Shown one piece after another: positions 1 through 13,275 of a stretch of 64,000 bases of DNA (positions within the stretch are counted from its first letter, which is position 1; each line of letters starts with the position of its first letter). Made by a program: the position numbers and the translations under genes. This stretch comes from Eutreptiella sp. 'Long Island Sound 2002' (Eukaryota; Protista; Euglenida), in the NCBI GenBank assembly GCA_964036045.1, contig OZ038378.1:165292001-165356000 (forward strand). The letters run 5' to 3'. Under the pieces are notes generated by a model. The model did not search any database. It was not told where the DNA came from and saw nothing but the letters and a program-made list of their open reading frames with translations.

Positions 1-214
1 GGACATGTGCGTGTAAAAAGGCCCAGAGGCGTTGGGAAGTGGGAGGCGAGGGAAAACTGGTACCCTAGCCCAGGACCGTGCCGGTGCGCTACATTAGGAA
101 AGGTTATGGCACAGTGTTCAAAGTAGTGGACATCTGTCAGCCGACAGCTATTGGCGGACCGCCAACAGCATTTGGCCAGTAGCCGACAGCGGTTGGCAGT
201 TGACCGGTTGACTG

Positions 215-282
215 GAGCGGGTAGCTCAGTGATTAGGAACCTTGGTTTCAGGAACATTCAGGTCCGAATCCAGCAACCTGCA
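215..282 (+). repeat. Degenerate tRNA-like (SINE-head-like) sequence
   Basis: A-box-like TAGCTCAGTG at 222-231 and B-box-like GGTCCGAATCC at 261-271 at tRNA-like spacing. The stems do not pair well, so this is not a functional tRNA. Confidence 0.4.
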
Positions 283-2164
283 AATGACCCTCCACTACTG
301 AAGTGTATGCATTTATCCCTCCTGGTAGTGTGCTACAAGGACGGCAGGCACAAGGATCCCACATCGGCGTCCGTCACCCCGCTCATAAGTGCCAACCGCC
401 GTCGGTCGACCGCCAACCGCCCCGGTGCTGGGGTTGCGCGGCCCCTCCGGGTTCGAACACGACGCTTCTCAGGGCCTCCTCTGCGTGTCACTCAGAGGGG
501 TAGGCTGGGAATCGAACCCGTGGCGAGACACCCACGATTTTATGCCTCTGCCCACTGAACTACGGGAGTACCCCCCGGCAGTTTGCGGCTAACGGACGAG
601 GATTGGCTGGTAATCGCTGGCGGTTCGAGGTAACTGCCGGTCAGGGGTCAACTGTTGTTTAAGAGGGGGGGTGGGGCAGGATGAAATTTTTCCAGTTCAA
701 GGCACAACAGAGTACGACAGAGGGTATGATCACAGGGGGGTCAGAAATGACCAGAGCCCCAGGTGTCGGTATCTGGGGGGGAGGGGGGGGGCTTGGTCAA
801 CGTAAGGTGCCCATGTTGGCAGTCCGGGGGGGAGGGGGGCTGGCTGCCTTAAATTGCCCACCATAAGCTGAGCCTAAGGCCTTGGGTCGGTAATTAACGG
901 AAACTCATTAAGCGCTTGCTGACAGGGACCGTGAGCAATCAGAGCCTCAGTGCCTGTGTTCCAGGGAGCTACCCACCGCAGGCTCGCACCGTCCATCCAT
1001 CCAGAGCCCTGGGAGGGAGACGGGGGGGGGGGGGGTTCACCCTTTTCCTCATTTTCCAATTCACCGTTGGATTCTGAGCATTTTGACTTCACACCAAAGT
1101 GCGGCGGGGGGGCAAACATTGTGCCCACTGCCATGCGAACAAAATGTTTTCTCAGTGGCTTTGGCGCAGCAATTTTAGCCCATTCCCGCACAACTGTGCC
1201 CAATGAAACACCGGCATGTTGGAACCATTTCCGCGTTTCTCCACAGCCCCCAGTACGGGGGTAGGTGGGTTTTCAATATGGGGGTTCAGTAGAGCCCCCT
1301 GGCCGGACCTCCCCACCACCAACACCACCACCAAAATGCTCAAGTGACAGGTCCCCAAAATCCAACCGGAACCAACCCCGCCTCCGGCCCCGGAGGTGAC
1401 CCAGACCCAAATTTCGGAAGAAAATGAAAACGGCAGTTTTGGAATCAGCACATCGAGGGGGTTCAGAAAAGTCATCGTTTGCTACATATTTAGTGCAAAA
1501 AAAAAAACATTTCTAACGCCAAAAAAAAAATATTTATTCTATCTCTCATCACCTTACATGCTTGAACCAATGACCAACATTTGGCCAGCTTAGCCTTCTT
1601 CGTCCTTCGTAACTAAAATAATATGCAGTACAGGAATATTAACCTGTTATCCATCGACTACGCGGTTCATCATGACTGACCAATGGCCTTGACAATTGAG
1701 CCCTTTTTCCAGAGCCCCCCACAGTTTTCGGGGGCTTCAGTGTGCTGCATGGTCCGGTCGTGGCTGTCAACTGCAATCAAATGATCATCAAACGCCGTCA
1801 GCAGGCCATTCATCGGCCTCGCTTGGCCGCGATCCCCGTGGGGTCTTTCACAAGTGGTCTTCATTGATCATTTACCCTTTTATTAAGGAATGTCCTCCGA
1901 AAATGACCAGTTCGTACCTGAAAGGAATGGCTCCCAAAACGACGTGGAAGTCTTGTGCAGTGGTAATGATGGGGGCCTGGGACGCGCGGTGAGCAGAGGG
2001 GAGAAGGGGTTAGTGTTGTAGTTGAATCCTGTGGGAAGGAGGACAAAATGCGCCATTTTCGGGAGATATGCCTTTTTTTGGGAGAAAACACGAGCTATTC
2101 CTTTTCTTTTGGTAGAAAAACCAGGACGAACACACAATTTGAGAAACACAGCACAACAATAATC

Positions 2165-2169
<5 letters not shown>

Positions 2170-2205
<36 letters not shown>
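2170..2205. repeat. (CA)n microsatellite
   Basis: About 18 uninterrupted CA units. Confidence 0.95.
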
Positions 2206-2207
<2 letters not shown>

Positions 2208-2339
2208 AAAACGCTCGCCAACGCACACCGACCCTGAGGGGAAAGGACGACCTCTTTGCAGCAAAGTTCGTCCTTTTCAACGCAGAAAAGGCACAAGAGC
2301 CCTCCCGTCCCGCCTCATCAGACACCCTTTCGTGCACAC

Positions 2340-2662
2340 CTGCAATGGGCTGTCCCTGTGCATCCCACTGGCTCACAGAGACCAGGGCCAGGCCTTGCAG
2401 GTCCGGTTCCGGGGGGTTCACAGCCACTCCGACCGTGGCATTGCTGAGCGCCGGGTCTGTGAGCACCACCGCGATCCTCTTCGCGTCGGAGGCGTTGGAC
2501 TGCACGCGGAGGGCGGCTTTATCATTGGAAACCGGGGGAAATGGCTTCTCTGCCTCCGCCGACCAGAACCCTACGGCTTGGGTGTCGTAAATGAGGGCCT
2601 TGGTTTCCGTGAAAGTGACTGCAGACGGGGACGTAGGCTCAGGTACGGTCGAGAAGTGTGAC
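2340..2662 (-). CDS. Internal exon of a minus-strand surface/secreted protein (SHFSTVPEPTSPSAVTFTETKALIYDTQ...LVSVSQWDAQGQPIA)
   Basis: GC3-rich open frame bounded by acceptor GCAACAG|G (AG at 2664-2663) and donor GCAG|GTGTGC (GT at 2339-2338). Microsatellites flank both sides. Confidence 0.75.
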
Positions 2663-2681
2663 CTGTTGCTATGTATTGCAT

Positions 2682-2795
2682 CGTGTCGTGTCGTGTGGCG
2701 TGGCGTGGCATGTCGTGGGCTGTCCTGTCGAGTCGTTTCGGGCCGTATCGTGTCGTGTCGTGTCGTGTCGTGTCGTGTCGTGTCGTATCGTGCCG
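2682..2795. repeat. (GTCGT)n pentanucleotide microsatellite, degenerate at the edges
   Basis: Runs of tcgtgtcgtg visible directly. Confidence 0.9.
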
Positions 2796-5700
2796 TGCTG
2801 CGTTCCCCTACTCCCATCCCTTGGTCGCAACCAGAGCAGCATGCGGTCAAAAGGGTTTGCAAACGCGTGTAATCACGCACCAAGCGGTGTATGCGTCAGT
2901 TGGGCACGAATCTGCAGTGAATGTGTGCAGACAAATGTCTACAGCGTCGGATGACCGTGAAACGATCATGTGCAACACATTTTCAACGGCTGGCAGTCAG
3001 TCGCCGGCAGTGACTGACTGCAGATGGCGCATCAGTTGATCAAAAGCTGCCGGTGGTTAAGTGTCAACTCGCCGCGGCTACTTTGCACCGGGTGACCACT
3101 AACCAGCGCCAGTTGACCACCGCCTGCTGTTGTTTAAGCGCCAACTATCGATGGAAGTTGAACCCGACCACAGAGTTTGTTTTCTGTAATTCAAAACCGT
3201 TGGGAGCACGCACTTCAATACTTGAGACACACTGCACACCCTCGTATTCGCACCCACATTGCGTTGCATCAATGACTTTGATGTATGTGCATCTGCTTGT
3301 CTATGCCAAAAAGCTGCTGTATGTGTTTTACTGCTCCGGGGAAAGGGCGCTCCTTTATCGCTCCCTTCTGTTTCGATGCTTTTGCACTGGGGACCGCCAT
3401 CAGGGAGGGCTGCGAACCGCTCATCACCGCCAAACACCGTCGGTGAACCGCCGTCCAATGTCACCACCGTCAATGAAAACCGCTGTCGGGCAGTAGCCAG
3501 TCGCCGTTGTTTAACTGCCAACCGCTGGCGGTTGATCACCGACCCTTGTTCCTTTCTCTGCCCTGCATAACAATTTTGTACGTCCTCTCCGAATGGCTGC
3601 ATTGTCACAGGGACCCTTTCTGCTTTTTTGTCGCTGAATTATGGAGCCCTGACTTGAGACGCTTTTTTTTAGATAGCTGTCCCTGAAAACGGTCCTGAGC
3701 AAAGCGGTGTGCAGTGCTGCCGTCAGGTCAGTCAAGGCAACGGACGTGAAGACCGACACGCGGAGCAGTCACCTTTGGGGCATACCATTGGCTTGAACTC
3801 GACCGAAATCAACTCCAAAATTCTGCACCGCACTAACAAATGACTCGGGGTCCACTGCATGGATCACCTCTGCAGAGACAGAATGCAGGGGCTCAAACAG
3901 AGCCTGGAAGGATAGTAGGGGGCGGGGAGGTGGGGGCGGGAAGGGAGGGTTCTCCAGAAAGATATAAATAAATCCGGTTGATACGTCCGATGTAACGCAC
4001 TTGTTCGAGTTTTGTCAAGGAAATCCTCCATTTGACCATGGAAGTCCATTGCTATGCGAGACAGCACATTGGCTGTCCGGTGTGCATCGCATCACAGTTC
4101 TTTCCTGTGCTGACGGGACTTGCGGGCAGACATTCCGGTGTGCCGCTGTTGCCATATGTCAGCTTGTGTTTTGTAAACGGGAGGTGCAGGAAATGCGTTT
4201 TGGTAGGCGAGAGTGCGACAGTTGTCCCTCTGCTCGCAGGTGCTGCTACTGTCCCCATGGCGTGGATGGGGGGAGTGGGGCAACCAACCCACCCTTTACC
4301 TGGTACTCCAAGGCATCTGCTAAGAACAGGGCATGTGGACACCAAATCAGGGATTTGCTTCCTGAATCTGACCACAGACCAAGAAACATTCGATAAACCG
4401 GGCACAAACTCAAGGCAACATTCGGCTCTGGAGTAGCGTGACTCAGTTCGTTGAGGAACACAGCCCATCCAGCATTCTGGTTGGACTCGGGCAATTCAGT
4501 GAATTGTTCATGGCCATGTTGTCAGACAACTATTACCGGTCCAAAAGCCCCGACTGACCACGGGGTGCTCGTTGGACAGGTCCGTACATTCCCCATGTAC
4601 GCACGAAACTTTTTCTCCGGTGGGTTGTGCTGGATATATGTTCCGTCAAACCCTGCTACTTGAGTTTAGACGACAGCACTGTCTCAGCATGAAGACAATA
4701 TCAAGGAGTTTGCAGCTGCATGCGTGCTCAGGTGCTTTCTGGATGAGGATCGCCGATGATATATTGGGGGTGGACTCTGCACCACAAAGGACTGCATGCT
4801 CAGCTGAGCTGTGCGTGAAAAGAGGACACATTCATCCATCCAAAAGGCACCATAGTATCTGTTACACAGCAACATGCAGCAAAGCAGGGACATAAGCCGT
4901 GCAGATGCATCACACATGCATCAACTCTCGTCCGTCCAAGGGGACAGCGTGCTGGACTGCGCAAGAGGTTTGGTGGCTTATAAAGGTCCTAACACTCTCG
5001 GATTTGGTGCAGGGAATTGCTTAATGGCCGGTCAAAACTACACCTGGGGGAGGGGTCTGAGGGTGGGTGGATGGGTTTGTCTGAGTGTCCCCTCATTTTG
5101 GGAAAAGTGCAGAAGGGGGGGGGGGGTAGCTCTTTGGGTGGGTGGGTGGGTGGGTTGCGTGTGGCCTGGCGTCCCTCCTCCGTACTACAGATCAAGGGCC
5201 TTCATTGTGTCCAGGTGTCTGTTGTCTATAGGTACGTTTGGCGGTAGAACAGGCTCTGTGACCCCCCCCACCCTGTGTATACGGGTGGGTGTGTGCGTGG
5301 GTGGGTCCAGATGGAGCAATGGGTGGGTGAGTGGGCCGGCCAAAAATCCTGGGAAGGCCAATGTAGCCCCCCCCCCCCCCCCCCCCCCAAGTATCACTCT
5401 AACCATAGCAGTATGGGTTCGCTCCGGCCCTCTTTTGAGGAGGTCTAACGGCCCAGGGCCACGAAGCAACGGAAACTCAGCTACCGAAAAGCCCCCGGCC
5501 CAGGGGGGGGGGGGGGTTGGACGGGGGAACATTGCTGGTTGTCGCACAAAGCGGGTGGGGGTGGGGTGTGTGGGGGGGGGGGGGGGCAGTAATTGGCATG
5601 TGCTAGCCCTGGCGCAGCACTTTTTTCATGCTCCCTTCCCGCCACAAGTGCCAGGTCCAGCCACAGGGGTACAGCTGAGTGGGTCCTGCTGGACGCCTTC

Positions 5701-6304
5701 GTTGGCAGCCCCAGAGGCACAGGAGTCGCAACGGCGGCAGCAACCGGATGAGTTACGGACAGGGCAGGAGGACAAAGGGCATGGCAATGACAAAGGAGAG
5801 AAGAAACCAACAATGGTTGAGCGAGACGACGGAGGTCTATCAGGGACACCGCTAGGACAATCACCCTCAGAGGGTGCACACGGTGCGCACGCGGTTGAAA
5901 TACGCCGAGTCATGCGCTGGCGTGCCGACGGGTGGTCCTCACCACACGACTCATGCCCCGGAATACCCTCCAACCTCCGCCCGCCTTTCGGATGGTTCTT
6001 AGTAAAGCGTAAAATTGAAGAACAATGGGGGGGGGGGTTTGCACTGCGCGCACGCACTGTGACAGTAGGAACTGCCGCCACGCGAAATAGGACTTGTGGC
6101 CAAACTTTGCGGATTTCCAGCCCATGAGTCGGTAAAAAGATCGCGATTTCCGAGGTCGAATTTTCGTGGGGCTGCGCTTCACTACTACAGCACTCGCACG
6201 CGGTGCAGACTCTCGCACGCGGTTCCTCAACGATGGGCGTGCCCGGGGCCTAGTGGGCAGAGGGAGGAGGCACCTCGGCCCGCATTGCAACGGATGGACA
6301 TGAC

Positions 6305-6540
6305 CCCCGGATGTTGGCCGGAGGTGGCATTCGGCGAATCAAGGCCCGCGGTGTCCATGGGATAACAGCGGCCGTCGGCGTGCACGGCCTGCTCGCAGGA
6401 GGCGTTCTTGCCGCAGGCGAGGAAGCAGAGGTAGAAATCCGCCGGGGCGCCGTAGGCGATGTCCTGCAGGTTCATCTCCACGTGGGGCCCGAGTTTCGCG
6501 TACCGCAGGTCACGCACGGGCGGATCGCAATTGGGGTACA
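6305..6540 (-). CDS. Exon encoding a PAN/apple-like Cys module (YPNCDPPVRDLRYAKLGPHVEMNLQDIAYGAPADFYLCFLACGKNASCEQAVHADGRCYPM)
   Basis: Strong GC3 bias. Acceptor CCTTCCCCAG|TG (AG at 6542-6541). The C-x3-C-x5-C-x8-C spacing resembles the PAN/apple core. The 3' boundary (GGG|GTCATG at 6304) is tentative. Confidence 0.65.
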
Positions 6541-7993
6541 CTGGGGAAGGACGGTGCGTAGTGCAGGGCACGCGCACGTGGCAGGACGCAACCAATGGAC
6601 TTCAACGGGAATTGGGCTGGGCTGGCCTTGGGGGATCTTGTGCTGTGGTTTCCACTATTTGTGTGCTAGAGTCCTCCATGCTACAATGGCAGATCTCAAT
6701 ATTCCCCGTACATTTCTCTATTTTCTGGCACCCATTGAACAATTATGAGCACTTTTGGAATGCTGAGCATTTACATGTTGTTTTGGTGTATGCATGCTCC
6801 TCTAGACCGTGACCATTGTAATGCCCTGGTCCAAGAGCGCTGGGGAGCTAAAGGAGGAGGTCACTGTCTTGATGGGGGATTAGCAAGTCAGCAACAATGC
6901 AACCCGACTGGTGGCCTTGGACATGTTGTATGCAAACCATACCAAAATGGGGGGGAGGAGGAGGAGGAGCTGCCGGCTCTCGGCGCGGACCCCATGCCAG
7001 CGGGTAGCCGGGAAAGGGTGTCCACTCCCCGTGTCTCCACCACACGGTCTCTGAGCAGTTCACTGGCTGGGAGGGCGCAACCACTGGACTTCAACGGGAA
7101 TTGGCCATGAAGCAACGGATACTCAGCTCTCGATCATCCCCGTGTCACAGACGATCGGTCATCGCTCAGAATGTTCTGCTGCACTGCAGCACTGCCATAT
7201 CAACGGGAATTGGGGGGGGGGGGGTGCCATCAAGGCTGAATATGCCGGTTGGTAGTTCCGCTGTACGTACTCGTTCACATTTTGAGGAGGAAATCCTCCG
7301 CGTGGCTAACCCCAACAGCCGGGGAAACGTATTTCACTCGGTGAGAGTGGGACAGTTGTCCCTCTGCTGCTTCTGCCCCTTGGCGTCCCTCCCATTCCGG
7401 CGCCGGCGATGCTCCACACAAAGCCTTTCCCAAGACGGGGGGGTGGGGGGTAATGCCCCTTTCTCGGACAGTATGTCAGGGTTCTGGCGAACGGTGCCCC
7501 TGATAGGCATCAGTCTTCACGCCCAAGGCTCTGCCTGACCCGTGTTGGGCGGGCGTAAAAGTGCATCCTCTGCAGCCTTCACTCCACGTCCTGTTGACAG
7601 CTCCTCTCTTCTTTCCGCACTCCGTTCGCTGGCTGTGTTGTGGGGGACCTTTGCACTCACCTCGGACACGCAAAGGGGCGGAGTGGAGCTGACGCACGTG
7701 ACGTTACATGTTGAAAGTCCCCCTGCCAACGCGCTGCCCAGACAACACTTGATGTTGTTTGCGCGACTTTTGGAACTGTGGATTTTGCGGCCTCATTTTT
7801 TCATTCGAATAGAAATGGGATTCTGATGGGCCAAGGGGGGTCAGGGCTCGCCGTATTGTTCAGTGAAACAAAACAAACGTCACGTAGCTTGCAGCAAAGA
7901 AGGGCCTCAGAACTCAGCCAGGGTGCTTGAAGGTATGGCACCCCTCCCTCTCCTCATGCTGGCCCCGTACCCTAAAAGAGCTGCCATACTTAC

Positions 7994-9171
7994 TCTCGTC
8001 GCTGAAGACGTCATTGTGGGCGTTGTTGTAGGGACCAGTGACGGTGTTATTGTTGCAGTAGGCGATGGTGTCAATGATGGTGTTGATGTTGGTGATGGTG
8101 ATGGTGATGATGTTGGGCTGGCGGTAGATGTGGCTGATGGAGTGGAGCTCGCTGTGGGTGTTGGTGTTGGTGTTGGTGTTGGTGTTGATGTCAGTGTTAT
8201 TGAGGGTGTTGAAGTAGGGCTTATGGTAGGTGTCGATGTTGGTGTCAATGATGGTGTTGATGTTGGTGTTTGTGATGGTGTTAGTGATGGTGTTGATGTT
8301 GGTGTTTGTGATGGTGTTGATGTTGGTGTGGGTGATGGTGATGATGTTGGAGTAGGGCTTGTGGTAGGTGTTGATGTTGGTGTCAATGATGGTGTTGATG
8401 TTGGTGATGGTGATGGCGTTAGTGATGGTGTTGGTGTTGGTGTCAATGATGGTGTTGATGTTGGTGTTTGTGATGGTGTTTGTGATGGTGTTGATGTTGG
8501 TGTTTGTGATGGTGTTAGTGATGGCGTTGATGTTGGTGTTTGTGATGGTGTTGATGTTGGTGTGGGTGATGGTGATGACGTTGGAGTAGGGCTTGTGGTA
8601 GGTGTTGGCGTTGGTGTTTGTGATGGCGTTTGTGATGGTGTTGATGTTGGTGTTTGTGATGGCGTTGATGTTGGTGTGGGTGATGGTGTTGATGTTGATG
8701 TGGGTGATGGTGATGACGTTGGAGTAGGGCTTGTGGTGGGTGTTGGTGTTGGTGTCACTGATGGTGTTGATGTTGGTGATGGTGATGGTGTTAATGATGG
8801 TGTTGGTGTTGGTGTCAATGATGGTGTTGATGTTGGTGTTTGTGATGGCGTTAGTGATGCTGTTGATGTTGGTGTTTGTGATGGTGTTGATGTTGGTGTG
8901 GGTGATGGTGATGACGTTGGAGTAGAGCTTGTGGTAGGTGTTGGTGTTGGTGTCAATGATGGTGTTGATGATGGTGATAGTGATGGCGTTAGTGATGGTG
9001 TTGATGTTGGCGTTAGTGATGGTGTTGATGTTGGTGAAGATGATGGTGATGATGTTGGACTGAGGGTAGATGTGGGTGATGGAGTGGGGCTCGCCGTAGG
9101 TGTTGTCGTTGGTGTTACTGATGGTGTCGGCGTTGGTGTGAGTGTGAGACTCGACGTTGATGTGGTGGTTC
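7994..9171 (-). CDS. Mucin-like Thr/Pro/Ser-rich stalk exon (about 390 aa of [13 protein letters not shown] repeats)
   Basis: Acceptor CTCTTTCCTCTGTAG|GA (AG at 9173-9172) and consensus donor AGA|GTAAGT (GT at 7993-7992) bracket the T/P/S repeat region exactly. Confidence 0.85.
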
Positions 9172-10729
9172 CTACAGAGGAAAGAGCCCATGCAAGTGGA
9201 ACAGAAGGACCATTTTGGCAACTTGCCCGATACTGCACATCAGAAGGACCCCTGCCAAGCGGCACATACGAACAGCCAAGCAAAATGAGCATGCATGGCA
9301 TGCCGCAGGGGAGTCGGACCGGTACTGCTGCTGTGCACATCACTGTGAGGGTAGAGTGGCCAGGCGATCTCCGGCCTCCAGAGAACCATTATTCTGTTCC
9401 CTCCCTGTAGGCCAATTCCTTCCGGCTTGCGGGGTCACAGTGGACACCCCAACACCTGGGACAAGCCTATCGTTTCCTGCCTTAGGGTTCGAACTGGGGG
9501 CCGTTGATCAGCAGCCCATAACTACTGACCCATATACTGGAAGGAGGGGCAGGATGTGTGAAGAAGGTCCTCAGATGTAGGATCCACTAAAAAACAGCAG
9601 TCTGAGCGAATCTTGGGGCCCATTTTGTATACATGTTGGTAGACCCCAGACCCACCTCCCAATGCCCTCCCAGACATTGTTGGCCCCCTTGACATCTGAG
9701 CCCTGAAGAAGGGGGATCTGGAAAGGGGTGCAAACGACCCCCACCCCCGTTAACCTTTTCCCCAATTCCCAGACCACGAGCCAAGATGCAGCCCTGGAGG
9801 GGCAAGGGGAGCTGTTGAAAACCCCAAAACCTGGGGAGAACCTGATACCGGTTTGGGCTGTAGGGAGGACATGGCACGCAGCTGTGGACTTTGGGATTGG
9901 GGGAGCACTCCATATTGTGTTCCCGAGTTGGTGATGGTGGTGGTGTGATGGTTGGGACAGTTTTTCAGGTCACAACACATCAGTTTGAGTCTGCCCCACT
10001 TGTGAACTTGAACTAGCTATATGGACACAAAGGAACAACGGAGGAAGAGAGAAGTTCTGCAACACATCCAACCCACAAATTTTGTTCACGCCACCGTTGT
10101 TGTTAACAGTCCAATGTCTGGGCCGGTTGATTTTTTGGTCAACAGTGACAAAAAGTGGGGGATGAGGTGAATAAATAGGCATCACACCATGTGTTCTTTT
10201 GCTGGTGTTCAAGCTCATTCACCATGTGTTGCTGCACTATTGAATGAGCAATGCAAACGGGTTTATCAAGGCGCTATGAGAGGGGCAGCCCACTCACATC
10301 CCTTGGACCCAGATAAAGCTTTGTCACCCATGATGCGTTGGCCTTATCCATGTTTATGGTGTAACCGCCCCCTCCCCACTTCGGTGTAACACCCCCTTTT
10401 GTTAACACCAGTTTTTGTAAACACTTTGGTGCATTGACCAATCGGCCCACAATTTGTTAAATTTGTCTAGGCCTAGGGGATGTGGGTGGGTTTGCCCTCT
10501 GGTAGGAGCTTTGTCTGGGGTCCAAAGAGTGTGGATGGGTTGTCCCTCTGGTGGGAACTTTGTGTGGGGTCTGGGGTGTGTGGGAATTCATGGCCCATGG
10601 TAAGCATACAAATGGGCAAGAAAAATCAACCATGAATATGGGAATATGGGGATATGCGCCTTAAAAAGTATCGTTAGAATTGTCCCATATGCCTAAGAAA
10701 TGAACTACACACGCACTGTGTCTCTCTAG

Positions 10730-11060
10730 GGCCCTTGTGCCCCTCCCTCGGTAGTAAGTAGCCCTGCCCCTCCCTCGCGCCCCTGTGCCCCTCCCCCAGT
10801 GCCCTTGTACCCCTCCGTGGCCCTGTCCTCCTTCCTCCGTGCCCCTGTGCTCAGTGCCCCTGCGCTCCTCCCTCACTGTCCCTATGCCCCTCCATCAGTG
10901 CTCCTGTGCCCCTCCCTATCAGCCTCCCTCGGTGCCCCTGTGCCCTCAGTGCCCTTGTGCCCCTCCCTCCATGCCAATGTGCCTTTCCCTCAGTGCCCTG
11001 TGCCCCTTGAGCCATTGTGCCCCTCTGCCCCGTCCTCAGTGCCCCTGTGCGCAGCCTCCA
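10730..11060. repeat. Degenerate GTGCCCCT-based low-complexity tandem repeat
   Basis: Many imperfect gtgcccct / gtgccctc units. Confidence 0.7.
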
Positions 11061-13275
11061 GCACTAGATCCTTTCGAAAATGAGTCCAAGAGGTGGTAGA
11101 GAGGTGCTCGTCTACAACGGTGTTGACAGGTATCCGGTCCACTTGATGTCGGAGTACGCATTGCAATGGCAACGGGGCGCCACGGCCCCCTGATCCCAGC
11201 CCTACAACTGACATACCTGACATCGGTGCGCTGAATAGCATGACCACCAACAAAAGCCGCAGGGCCATTGTGTGCCGAGCATCCAGAGGTCTGCGTGCAA
11301 GAGCACAGGCAATGCGCCATCTTTCCACTTTTTGAGTTCCCAAAAAAAAATGCCAACTAAAAGAAATTCACGCATCCCAGCGCCCTTATACCCACAGTGC
11401 CTTAGACACGGCCATCCCTTGGGCATGCGGTGTGGAAAAGCAAACATAGAGTGGAACACATGCATGTTTCTCTCCATCCCCCTCAGCTCAACCCACGCAG
11501 CACAGCTCTCTCCTCCTTAAGAGGCCTTAAGAGGACTCAAATATGGAGTAAAAGCACATAAAATTGCCATAAAAATAGGAACAAATAATACTAACAATGA
11601 ATTTCAAGCTTCCAAATGTTTAGATTGATAAATATTTCAAATTCTTTTTAAACAAAATGTCCGCTTTAATGCAGCTTGTGTGTCATGCAATGTGGTGGCA
11701 TATGCTCTTCACTTTGACCCGAAACAATACTCCCTTGGGCATCAATGGTTTCTGTGGCAACTGACCGTCCACCCGGGCCAAAGGTCAACTTGACGTCAAA
11801 TGTCCACTGGAGTACACTTTACCATAGTTCCAATCACCCATCCAATCAATGCACCCACCCAGGCACATCATGTACCTGGGGGTATTGTATTTTAGCCCCC
11901 CTCCCAATTTGCCCCCCCCCCCTATCCTTGGGGCATAACCGCCCACAGCCAAATGGAGGATTTCCTCCACAAAACTTGAACAGCTGGATCCCGTGTAATC
12001 AAATTGAATCGGAACAAGTGGATTATCCACCGGATTACTTTTCACCTTTATGGATCACCCCCCTCCTGCTGCATTCCACTGAAATCCAACTAGAGCACAA
12101 GATGGTGCCAAAAAAAAGCGCCATGTGGGACTACTGTGGTTCTTGTGGTTCTTCTGTGAGGCGGCAATTGGAAGGTTGGGTGGGGCTAGACAGGGGGACA
12201 GGATAAAGGTGGGAAAGGGTACGCATGAGCGTGTAAGGGAGAGGCACAGACACACGCTAGCCAAAACATCCCAAACGAAGTCAAGTACATTTTCATGGGT
12301 TTTGATTTGTAGTTGATGCCTGTCCTGTCCCTCATTCAGCGACAACATCGGGTGCAGGCGCCTTTCTCTACACCAAACAACTTGGCTGCCTGGTGTGTGC
12401 GCACCTCAGGTGGGGTCTTCACGATCTGGCACCCCGAGTCACTACCCCATAGGCCCACTCTCATTGGGTCTATGGCGGGTGAGGGGGTTCCTCTATTAAG
12501 GCTAGATGTTATGGTAGAGCAACTGCATGGGTGGGGGGGTTGAGGGGGTTTGGCTCCTCTCTGAGAGGCTTCTAGTAGACAGGACCCATTATCCTTTGTG
12601 GGCGGTGCCAATTTCACACTACTTCCTATGGAACACACCTCCAATGTGGTACATAGTGACACGCAGGTACTCGTCACGCAACACTCCTTGGAAGTAGAGG
12701 GGGTTCGATCGCTGTGGAATCCTATGACCGATTGCTTGTGCGGCACCATGCACACGATGTGTTACTTGTCCACTCCAAAAGGATGGCTCGCCGGGTGGCA
12801 CGTTCGATACGATTGTTGGACATACCGGCTGTCGTACCAAAGGGCAGGTGCTGGACTTCTTCTTTGGGTTTCAGCACCACACAATGCAAAGCAAGCGAGC
12901 AGGGCTCAACAGCTCAAAACATGGAACCTGCCAGTGCCTTTGTGTGGGGTCCTTGGTGAGATCAAAAGTCAGAGCTCAGCTGTGGCTGTCAACTGTGAGT
13001 TCCGTGGTGTGCCTGCGGTTGTCTTTTTCCCCTTTTCATGACAAAATGTATCTATCAACACGTTTCTCTTGCAAGAAAAAGGGGGGCGTGGGGCACGAAA
13101 ACGAGATGGGATAATATGGCCCTTTGGGCGGGGGGGGGGGGGGACCTCGGAAACAAATTAACCAAGCTAACGATAAGGGACCTGAAACTACATCCAAATG
13201 TTGATTGGTCCAAAGTTGGTGCCATTGAATCAATGAAAGGTGATGGGCTAGGGGACACATTGTGCGATACATGCA

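Noticed and set aside
6311-6748. Plus-strand ORF MLAGGGIRRIKARGVHG...
   Set aside because: Antisense shadow of the GC3-rich PAN-like exon on the minus strand.
7863-9410. 515-aa plus-strand VGVGDG-repeat ORF, and the 435-aa Thr/Asn/Ile minus frame
   Set aside because: Shadow frames of the mucin repeat. Only the T/P/S frame reads as a known low-complexity protein type between the minus-strand splice sites.
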